64,000 nucleotides of DNA from Spizellomyces punctatus DAOM BR117 (lineage: Eukaryota). A program made the position numbers and the translations under genes. The notes under the pieces were generated by a model, which searched no databases, was not told the origin of the DNA, and saw only the letters and a list, made by a program, of their open reading frames with translations. The stretch lies in the NCBI GenBank assembly GCA_000182565.2, contig KQ257459.1; one strand, 5' to 3'. Shown here in pieces: positions 25,267 through 35,614 of this stretch (position 1 is its first letter; every line of letters starts with the position of its first letter).

Positions 25267-26653
25267 TTAAGTTGCGTGAAAACAGAAACATTTGGGAAAG
25301 GTTTCATCCCACGCTACAAAATCATAGCCCGAATGCACACGGAACCCTTCTTGAAAGTTTAACAACACATCCAAACAGTCAACTGGAAACGCTGCATGAA
25401 TCAAATCATCCCGGTGTTTATCCCACTCCGGCTTATGTTGGATAGCCGGCGCATTAGACAATAACTGTACAGCTGGTTCTTGTGGCGGCACTCCATTGAG
25501 AGCCTTGACACACCAAGCAACCGAAAATCCGATGCTCTCCAAGTCCTGCTATGCTTCGTCGTTGTTGCACGCCAGCATCCACGATGCTGCAAAGTCAATA
25601 TTGAGGGTCCGCTGGATTCCCGACAGTTGAAGTCTTTAACAGTTCCATGGTCCTGATTGGGGGTCTGTTGCACACAAGTGGAAGCTGGAAGTAAACAGGT
25701 ATATATAGGTCCCAATTTACCAGTTGCTGTGCAACATTTTCATTATCTATAACCAGTTGCCTGCATCTACTAGGGCCTTGCAATGGGCCTTGCAATACTA
25801 CAGCAATGCATTTAATCAAATTATTCAGTACAGGGTCTTCAATTCCTATGCATCCCATTTGCCTCCCCCAAATCCCAAAGATGTCATACCATGGAAGGAA
25901 GTCATACCTTGCCCACAGAAGCTGTACCTCAAACGATAGCACGGTGATGTGCAAACTCTGGCAGGAGCAGTTCGACGTTGCACGCGCATCGAATAGGAGT
26001 TGTAAAATGCATGTGTTTGTCTAGCTAATTCACAACCCACCATAAAACATATGTGAGCTTGGACTAAGAATGAAAGTTGAGATTCATATCTCTCCGCAGT
26101 TCATGTAATGCCAAAGTTGCCATAAAATTCACTTTGCTCAGGATTGTACGGGATTGTGAAGCAGACACATCATTCGCTTGCAAACTGCAATCTGCATAGG
26201 GTAGATCTGATCCGTGACAAATGCACGACAATTGGTACATCGAGAGGAGCGAGCGTTGGGCACACCGCCTTTCAAATCACAAGGCAGACTGTCAGGAACT
26301 TTGCTACCACAGAGTCAGAACTTTCTGACCCCGAAAATGAGACTCTTTGCGAGTCCTACTCCAAGCTGTACTTGTTCATCCGGCGCAGTGAATTCTCTGA
26401 CGAAGGCATAGAGCTTTGTTCGGGTCTTTTGATCAGTACTTCAAAGGTTAGGGGAGATTGGTCATAGTCCTGACACTTTTCCTCAAGTGGTTTTGCGAAA
26501 AGCCAATCTCGTCTCCTTTGAGTGCGGTAATTCCCGTCGCTTTCAAGCGTTGGAACCAACCTTGTCGTCCGCTCTGCGTTTCTCAAGCGGATTGGTCCAG
26601 ATGGAAGCCGAAAAGTTAAGGCGGACAAGACGAATGGAGTGTTCAAACACCAT
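25267..26653 (-). pseudogene. Possible decayed gene(s), family unknown
   Basis: Protein-like segments (MVFEHSIRLVRLN.. from ATG 26653; TKLYAFVREFT..; SRCTNCRAFVTDQ..; NIDFAASWMLACNNDEA*QDLESIGFSVAW..) with an in-frame TAG at 25549-25551 and apparent frame changes. Confidence 0.4.
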
Positions 26654-26780
26654 TTTGCTGACTAAATTTCGATCACGGACATGACGCGTGCCTTTCTCCC
26701 TGGTGCTCGTCACCTAGCATCTTTCCCAAACTTTCTAACGCACGGCTCACGCGCTCAGACGTTCCAAAAGCGGAGTAGAT

Positions 26781-28044
26781 ATGGAGAAGAGATTGTACGG
26801 ATGGCATAACGGTGTGCCTCAATTCCGGGGCGATGGCGGAATGGATGGGGTGGGACCTGAACAGCACAGTAACTTCAGTGGACCTCGATTCGTAGGAGAA
26901 TTCAGCGAAGGGTTCCAGAGGGCAAAGGATCTCCATCAGAGAGAGGATTTATGGGGCCGAGAAAGTATGCATGGAGAAGTCACAGCCCCGGTCTCTGCTT
27001 CGCGGTATCATTCTGCATATCCCTCAGAACAATTCCGTCCGTACGTGGGAGAATCTGCACAGAATCGGATGGCACCTCCAGAGTCTGCGGATTTCGTCCC
27101 AGGAGATGTACCGATGAATTATATGGAGCCTATGAATGTACCTATAGGAGTGACAGATACTCCAGAACCTATTAGTGTATATTCGTCACACGTTCCCAAT
27201 GCTGTACAACCAGTGCTCTTCAATAGGGAGTTACAGGATTCACCATTATGGGATTTTAGAGGATATAGTGAAGTGTCCAAAAGTTTCAGAGTACGCGGTA
27301 AGGCTGCGCTTTGAGTCTCTCAAGCTGGGATGGCGTTCAACGGTGACCTTATTTCAGCTGTGGAAGTCACGCCGACTACGCCAGGAGTATGGTTGAACTG
27401 ATGCGAATGGGTTGAATCAGGGCCAAAGCTGAGCCATACCTCATAGGATATTACTTGCCCAAAGGCGTCGCTTGTATTTGTCTGCCTCGACGGGCCTTGG
27501 ATTTGCAATTTGCCGGACGTCGAAATGGAAGCGTTTGTGGATAAACAAGTGGAGAGGTTGAAATTGATTTGGTAGCCTTGCGGAGACATATCAGATAACC
27601 ACAATGCCTCATTTAAGAATCCGAGCATGCAAAACTAAATTCGCGCATGTGCACACGCTGATTGCCCTTGAGCCCGATGGAGACCCGTCCCCATTTCTAC
27701 GATTACAGCATGCAATCGCATCCCATGTGGGAGCAAATACAGAGAACATTATTCAGTGTCATCCCGTACATTCCTCGCAAGAGACGTTTGAAGCAGTATC
27801 TCAATTAGCTCTACTGTTGGGACTTGATAGCGAAGCGCTTATTCAGGGGAAGATTGCACAGGTAGGAGTGATTAGGCTTAACGTTGCGGTACTACTAGAG
27901 CACGCTATCAACGAATGCGTGACTATAGTTGCTGGAAGGACTGCCAGAGATGAACATTACCGCGCAAGACACTTGGCTCCCGATGATAAACCTAATGTCT
28001 GGAAGCGCAGAAAAGTTGAAATTTCATGGTATCGTAGTTGGTGA
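26781..28044 (+). pseudogene. Possible decayed gene, family unknown
   Basis: A 177-aa ORF ends near a GTAAG donor. Downstream protein-like frames are interrupted by stops (TGA 27413-27415, TAG 27573-27575) before a 146-aa ORF. I found no clean splicing solution. Confidence 0.35.
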
Positions 28045-28638
28045 GATGACGGAAGCTTGTTCGTTGCTTCACTATTATCTACGCAGATTGTTTCGTGATT
28101 CAAGAAGGTCTTCGGACTTTTGCACGCATTGCAGCAGCCACCGTGGCCGAGCTACGGGATTGTTCCCTTGACAAGTCGACAGCCATCTCAGTACGGTCGT
28201 TTTTTGAGGAAGAGACGGTAGTGTAATTGTCATTTTAAAGACCTTGTCTTCATGAACTGCCTTTGTAGACCTGCATAATGCCTATATGTGTAAACTATTC
28301 ATCCTGGTCATGGAATTATATTTCATCTGTTGTTCGTTCTTTTATCCTACACACACACACAAAAACCATATGATGAAAAGCAAAGCAAACTGCAAGTGAG
28401 GCTTGACGTTCTTTGCTTAGCACAAAATGACGAGAGCGCGTCAGTCATTCCAAATCTCACCCCGCCCAGCACTGGCCATCTTGTTGCCCAATTTCTTTGG
28501 CGAATAGAATTTACGCTCTGCAGCCAACACATTTAGTACCGCCTGGTGGCATCATTCCTAAGCTACAAGCAAGACTGTAACTCTGCGCATACCCTTTTGC
28601 CGATAAGCTCCCACTTTTGGTTTCACTACAAAGGAGCA

Positions 28639-29945
28639 ATGAGTTGGTATGTTTTCCCCTCAGCTTACTGGAAGGCGTCAAAGAGCGCTCTGGGTTGGAC
28701 AAAAGTCTAGAACTGCAATAGGTGCCATATGTTCTATATTCTAGAGAAGGAGACTGATGTAGTCACTTCTTTTCAAGGCACGGTTTGAAAAAGGCGGTCA
28801 GTCGAGCGACTACCTCGGTAAGGCATACTAGTGTTTATCTGTCACTCTAGCATCAGACTCTAAGAATTGTTAACGTAACAGGTGATGCAGTCTACTGGGG
28901 CAATGGATAGAACGGTAGGGACCAGGGAGGGGAAATTGTTCAGCGGCGTTGGCTATAACGTTCCTAAGTGTCCTTACCTGATAACCAAAATATTCCGGTT
29001 ACAAGATTGATCGTGAATTCGAAGAAGAGGAACGCCGTCTGAGAACGTAATATACTCTATTGTATATATCCTGCGGTTTCCTTGTTTTAATCCATCCCTC
29101 CCTGTTAGTTTGGAGAATAAGGCGGAGAATTTGCATAGGGAAGCAAAAGGATACTTGGATGCGGTTCGTGGTATGTCATTTTACGTCTCTACCATAATAC
29201 CAGGAATTTGGGACGGTACTGACTCCTCGGCAAGGCATGACCCTGGCACAGCAAAGAATTGCGGAGACCATCAACTCATTCTACGAGGAGGGGTCACCAT
29301 TGGGATATGCAGGGGCACAGTATAAGTTGGCCGTGTCAAAGATGGACGAACAAGCAAGGTCAGAGCTGGTGAGTTGGACGGAAAGGAATGTTGTCGAAAT
29401 CGGCTCCTCTAACCACTTCCCCCATAGGATACAAATTACCGTGTGACGGTGCTCGATCCTCTTGGAAAACTTGTTGCGGTGTTCCCCGACTTCAATGACG
29501 CGCGAAAGATACGACAAAAGAAGTTACTCGATTATGATCGTCTTCGGAGCAACGTCAGGAAGCTGGTAGAAAAACCCTCTGATGACCCACAAAAACTGCC
29601 AAGGGTAAGGAAAACATTACTAAGCTACTGAGGATCTCATGTAAACCAACTCTGTCGTGACTACCCAACCAGGCGGAAGCAGAGGCTAATGCAGCGCGAG
29701 AAATTTATGAACATTACAATCAACAGCTCATCAACGAAATCCCGAAACTTATTGATCTACGGGTGCCATATCTCGATCCTTGTTTTGAAGCGCTAGTGAA
29801 ATCACAGCTACGATTCAACGAATCCGCATTTGATAAGCTCAATGCCATCAGAACTGCTTTCCCGAATGAGGGGCGCGGATTGGAAGGGCAGGTAGAAGGT
29901 GTTTTGCAGCAGATGCGGGAGCTGACGATTTGCGGTTCTCATTGA
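28639..29945 (+). CDS. RVS161: BAR-domain amphiphysin Rvs161/Hob3, about 7 introns
   Basis: MSW/HGLKKAVSRATTS/VMQSTG..DRT/IDREFEEEERR, REAKGYLDAVR, RIAETI, KKLLDYDR, KLVEKPSDDPQKLPR, LIDLRVPYLDPCFEALVKSQ, VLQQMRELTIC. No SH3 domain. Confidence 0.95.
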
Positions 29946-30176
29946 AAAATCCGGAGGAATACAGTACACCTTTTATCAAACAGCTCTCAAATTCAATAAT
30001 ATAAGTCACCACATGTTTTCAGTTTCCCGTAAAAGTCCATTGCTTAATGAACTACAGACTTGGTCAAGTGACGCTTACATAACGCCAGGTAGCGTTCAAA
30101 TGTCGCGTCACGTTTGCTGAAGCCCCTTTGCAGATGGAACGAAACCCGTGTTTTTCTCGCATAAAACGAGAATACT

Positions 30177-31119
30177 ATGGCGGATACTCTTTCTTTGCAA
30201 GAGTCTATTGCTAACCCAACGGCCTATCCAGTGACCGATCTCGGACAGACAATGTATTCTAATGCGGAACCTCTCCTCCGTACCCGCACTGGAGAAACAT
30301 CCGGACCCCCCTCAGCTCAAACCCCGACTTTCAGTCCCCTAAGCGGTGGACGCCATTTACTTGTGGGAGTAGATGACAGTGAATACAGCATTGAAGCTCT
30401 CAAATTTGCTTTTACTGGATATGCGAAAGAAGGAGATCGGATGACTGTTGTTAAGGTTAGGGTCTAAGGGTGTGCTTTGACGTTCATCAGGTGCGAGGTC
30501 ATCATGTGTCTCTGCGGTGAGTATAGGCAATTTCGCCGCTGCCCGGTCAATTTGGGCCAAACTTGCCTGGAGACTATAGGAGAGATGTAGGTACCGATGC
30601 ATACATACCAGGTTCCAGCGCAGGACGGAAATTGATGTCGCTTGCCTGATTCCTAGAAAATGATCGAACTCTACGAAGAAGTAGGCAAGATACGCATCGA
30701 AGTGGGCGCCGAGAGGATTCCTTACAGAGTGGACATTCGATATGGCGACCCACGAGAGATCTTGATTGAAGCGGTGAGGACTGCAAGTCATGGGATCCTC
30801 ATTGCTCCTGGGAGCTTGACAGATCTGCTTACCCAACTGTCGTCAGTCAAAACAGATCCACCCGACCTGTATCATTGTAGGGAGCCGCGGCAGATCCGGT
30901 TTGACTAGGTATCATTCGTGATCTTTCAGCTTCTCCACTCTTGACATTCGTCCTCATGCCCAATTGGTCATATGGAAAACTTGTGACAGTATGTTTTTGG
31001 GAAGCGTCAGTCTGTATGTTCTACAAAACGCAGACTACCCGGTTTTGATCGTTAAGAAAGGGGCATTTTCAACGCTAATCAAGCCTCCGCCAGGCAGGAG
31101 AGCGTCTGCCGTATTCTAG
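30177..31119 (+). CDS. Universal stress protein (Usp family)
   Basis: LLVGVDDSEYSIEALKFA, GDPREILIEA, IIVGSRGRSGL, FLGSVSLYVLQNADYPVLIVK. Confidence 0.9.
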
Positions 31120-31509
31120 CAATGCCGTAGCGTAACAGAATTCGCACATAGCAAATGGATTATGCTACGAATCGATTTGTACATAAGATGTAATATAGTT
31201 GCTGTATGCGTTGTCATTCTCTTATATCCGCGGTCGATTTTCTGGCAAGATCGTTTTGCTGTGAGATAGAAATCAACCGCCCGGCCTTTTATGAATAATC
31301 GGTAGCATCGCGATTGCACCCTTCTATGCTGAGCTGTCACGCGCACGCCGAAACTTTAAAAGCTAAAGACCAACGCAACCAGCCAACCAACCAAGCAGCA
31401 CCGCGAGTGCACGTTCCAGATACCTTAGTTTAAAGATAATTATATATACACAATGAAGCCATCACCTATATTGCCTGGCAAGTCCCACCAACATTTTCTA
31501 GAATCTGCT

Positions 31510-31972
31510 TCAACTCATCAAATCATCGTCAGCATCAAAACTCTCGTCTGTTTCCCCCAATATCTCTCCACCCATATCGCTGTGCTCGCCCATACTCGAC
31601 CCTGCAAAGCTATCATCGTCCATCTATGACACAGAGAAACAGGAGATCAGTCATATCACATCCGGAGGAAACGCATAGCCCAACATTGTGCTTACGCCGC
31701 GAGGATCCCTTTCTGGTACGTTAGAGACAAGCGTTGAGCGAAATCGTGGCCATTCAATGGTATCACGCTGTGTATTTTTGGGACAAATGAGTGCATGCGT
31801 TTCAAAGTACTACCAGAGTGTCATCACGCGCAACCTTGTCTCGCAATGCCTCCTCCCTTCGCAGTAGTGTTTCCATTTGCGCTTCTTTTGTGTACTTGGT
31901 ATACCACATGGGTTCCGTCTTTCGGGGTAGGAGGGAAGGGCCGTATAAACCCGGTTGAGTACGGTAAGACAT
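31510..31972 (-). CDS. ANAPC15: APC/C subunit APC15-like small acidic protein, 2 introns
   Basis: PSLLPRKTEPMWY resembles the animal APC15 N-terminal motif (PSLFPRVTETLWF, recalled), followed by a charged helix and a D/E-rich tail. Confidence 0.65.
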
Positions 31973-32106
31973 GATTGATCGCCTAGTATTCCACGAGGCC
32001 AAATCGATTCCACCAGCTTTGTGCAAGTCTGATGCTTACGTAATCACACAAGCACTGGGTTCAACAGTTGCAAAAGTTTCGTCTATTACCGATCTTTAAA
32101 ACATCA

Positions 32107-33948
32107 TTATGCTTCATCATAAGCTTCCTTTACACATCTAACCACATGTCCAAAGAATTCGGATATTCCAATGTCTCTAGGGGTATCTAATCCTCGAGAG
32201 TGGCGGCCTTTCATAACTTGGGCGTAAAATTCGTCGACATTCAAGTGTCTAGTGCAACGATTCATCAGTGACGTTTCCATATCCAGCGAACGCTTATGCA
32301 CATACCCATCTTTATTGATGTCAAAGAGATCAAAAATGACATCCACCTGCGTTTTTGTCAAATCCGTCTTGGTCACGGCTTTCACAACCCGATGAAAGTC
32401 CGTGCGATCAAGGCCGCTGGACATGGAATTGTAGAGCTTGTATGCCAGTCCCAGGTCATGCAGACGGGTTCGAATCATTTGGTCAAACTCTAAGGGTGGG
32501 GTAACAGATGAGAACATGGTCCTGACGCAATGGAAAATGTGGGGAAGGGCTGACCATAGAATTGCTGGAATGTCACTCGCTCTTCGTATTTGGGAATATG
32601 CTGCGCCTTCTCCACTAGCTTCTTCAAATGTTGCGGAGAAGCATAGCTGACGATAGACAGCGCAAAATCGGACATGCTGATACTGTCCGTCTGCGCATCA
32701 ACATCGAATTGATGGAACTCGAGTTTCAAGACCTCCAAATGCAGGCGTCGCATGGAAATCTTTAATGTCCAACGTAACAGGTGAGGTTCCTATCCGTTTC
32801 AGATCTCACTTGATGGCACATACCAATAAAAATCATCGTAAACNNNNNNNNNNNNNNNNNNNNNNNNNNNNNNNNNNNNNNNNNNNNNNNNNNNNNNNNN
32901 NNNNNNNNNNNNNNNNNNNNNNNNNNNNNNNNNNNNNNNNNNNNNNNNNNNNNNNNNNNNNNNNNNNNNNNNNNNNNNNNNNNNNNNNNNNNNNNNNNNN
33001 NNNNNNNNNNNNNNNNNNNNNNNNNNNNNNNNNNNNNNNNNNNNNNNNNNNNNNNNNNNNNNNNNNNNNNNNNNNNNNNNNNNNNNNNNNNNNNNNNNNN
33101 NNNNNNNNNNNNNNNNNNNNNNNNNNNNNNNNNNNNNNNNNNNNNNNNNNNNNNNNNNNNNNNNNNNNNNNNNNNNNNNNNNNNNNNNNNNNNNNNNNAA
33201 ACTAATGAGGCCATCTGGGTAGAGTGAAAGGTTAGGTGCCGTTCGCTCCATATCTATCCCGCGTGCTGAACTACCTCCATCAGTGTCAGCTAATGCAAAG
33301 AAAGCCTCTGCAGATGGCACACGTTTTGGATGTGCCTAGAACAGTGCCGCTACTCGTAGGCATGCATTTCACTTCCTTGTAGCCTGCAGCAGACAAAAAC
33401 CTACCGATCCGTAGTAACTTCGGTAGGGTACGAGCGACCGAATAAAATCTTCAGTAGTCATGTGCGGTTCGCCATGCTTTCGCTGAGTGCGGACAGTCAG
33501 CTACATAGAGCTGATATATATTTGACAATGCTGCGGACTCACCACTGATGCAAAGTAGTGGAAGACCTTTAGCGGGTGCGAGAATTTTCGCAAGCGGTTC
33601 TCATATTCCCCAATCCTATCCCGCTTCCAACTGTCATATGACTACATGACACCAAGGTAACTTATCAGAGTCAACCTCGTATGTGAAGTCCCGTCGTGAG
33701 CACGATTGAGCTGTTATTCTTACGTTGGTCTCTTTACCGTCGTCACAAACGACCGGGCTGCTGCTGCTGACGGCCCAAGTACATCCCGCAGCTACTGCTG
33801 TCACACCGAGCACCCATGCGGTTGACCAGCGCCATTGACGTGGTACGGTATGCCCTTGACTATGGCGAATAAATGGTGTCGATTGATAAGACCTGCCCCA
33901 CAAGGTTCGCCATGCATTTGGGCGATTCATGAATACTTGTCGTGCCAT
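32107..33948 (-). CDS. MICU1: Mitochondrial calcium uptake protein MICU (EF-hand gatekeeper of MCU), interrupted by an assembly gap
   Basis: Arg-rich presequence and hydrophobic stretch, RIGEYENRLRKFSHPLKVFHYFAS, MTTEDFIRSL, EF-hands DTDGDGLISF and DINKDGHLNVDE, EVLKLEF, VDVIFDLFD, RHSRGL. Confidence 0.92.
32844..33198. other. Assembly gap (355 N)
   Basis: Run of N inside MICU1. Confidence 0.99.
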
Positions 33949-34152
33949 TTTTCACCGGCTTCGCAGCCGTGCCTTCTTAGCGATACCGTCAGCAAACGTC
34001 CCATGCAATCATAACCCTAAAAACGCCGGCTAACTTACAGTTTGTTGCGTGCAGAGCGGACGGTCGAGGTGAACCAAAGATGCAGCAAGTCTGAAGCGCG
34101 TCGCCGGTGGTTGCTGACTCGCCACTCTTGCAGATCCCTCTCCACCGAAACA

Positions 34153-35500
34153 ATGAATGGACAGCAGAACATGTTACGACTCTTGAGAACGCCAGTGGCA
34201 AAATGCCGTTTCGTACAATGTTCCCGAACGCAGACTAGACGGTTTACAAAGGAATCGCCCGTGGATTTCGATCCTGTCAAGAACCTCCAGCTATCTACAG
34301 CCAGCCTTCCACCTTCACCTCCGTTGAAACAGAAATTTATTTCGCAAAGAATGTCTACAAAGGAGTTGGAGCAAGTAGAAATAGGCATTGGAAACCATAG
34401 AAGACCCGGTAAGTATTTGCCGCATGGTCTGTACTGGGGATGCTCACCGAAAATTGAGCGCAATGCACAAATATCTTTGCAGAACGGTTGAGTGATTGGA
34501 TAGCATTTTGGATGGCAAGTGGGTTGATTCATGGCCCCTTTCTGTGGGGCTTCAGGAGGAGATATATACATCCAGCTGTGAGTGCGTATCGTTAACATGA
34601 TAATGAATGTTCGCAGTCACGAATCAAACCTGACCGTTGTCTTGGATTGTTGAAGCATTTGAGACAATTTCCGGCGTGCCAGGTGACCGTCCGTCATGCT
34701 TACAGAATCCTGCAGGCCTACTGCCTCATCTTCCTATCCGGATTTAGGAATGGTAGGGGGGATGGCTCGGCATTTGAGAAGTTTACGAAAGATGCGTCAC
34801 GACTATGGGTGGATTCACCATCTGTTGGACGAAGCCGAAAATGAACGCACGCATCTGATGATTTGGATGGTACTGCTCAGGCCTTGGCTTGTTGTCTGTT
34901 AATCTCTGTCTAATCCGACTTCATTTTAGCGTGAAACATCACCGAGTTATCTGGAGCGGCTTTCTGTAACCTTCGCCCAAGCCGCATATTTTCTCGCGTA
35001 TGGATTATGCTATGAACTTTTACCTGGGATTGCGCATCGCACCACTGCATACTTGGGCGAAGAGGCTGTATGGCGCTACACGCTGCTTATCAATGACATT
35101 GACCATGGCAAATGCGAAAACAGAAAGGTAGGATGTACCCTCACCATGATAATCGCATTGCAAACGATACTGACGTTCTCTGCAGGCAGGTGACATTGCC
35201 CGAGAGTACTATAACCTTCCGGAGGATGCCACTCTGCGGGATGTGGCAGTCGCAGTGCGAATGGATAAAGGTACGATACGGAGCACCGTTTGCTTAGATT
35301 CTCCCGCGAGTTTTACGTAACTGTTCATTTCAGCATCTCATCGTGACATCAATCATCACTTTGCGGACCGTATTCATGCTGGTTGCGAGAACCTGCACGA
35401 GAATTACAGTCCTCGAAAACATTTCGTAGGACGGAAAGTCATTCCTGTTGGACCCCATGGCATGTCACTTGAAAGGACGGATTTTGTGATGGAACGCTGA
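34153..35500 (+). CDS. AOX: Alternative oxidase-like protein with degenerate active site, about 6 introns
   Basis: [90 protein letters not shown]. Arg-rich presequence; frame open to TGA 35498-35500. Confidence 0.9.
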
Positions 35501-35614
35501 CGTACGCTATATTACACCAAATTTGAACGTTGCGTGAAAGTGCCGAAATATTTTGTAAACTTCAACGTATTGGTAATTTTAATTACAAAATGAATTGGTA
35601 CATCCTCAGATTCC

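Noticed and set aside
32466-32478. GGTTCGAATC tRNA T-loop-like motif
   Set aside because: Inside MICU1 coding sequence with no cloverleaf.
32762-33320. ORFs full of X in the track
   Set aside because: Artefacts of the N gap within MICU1.
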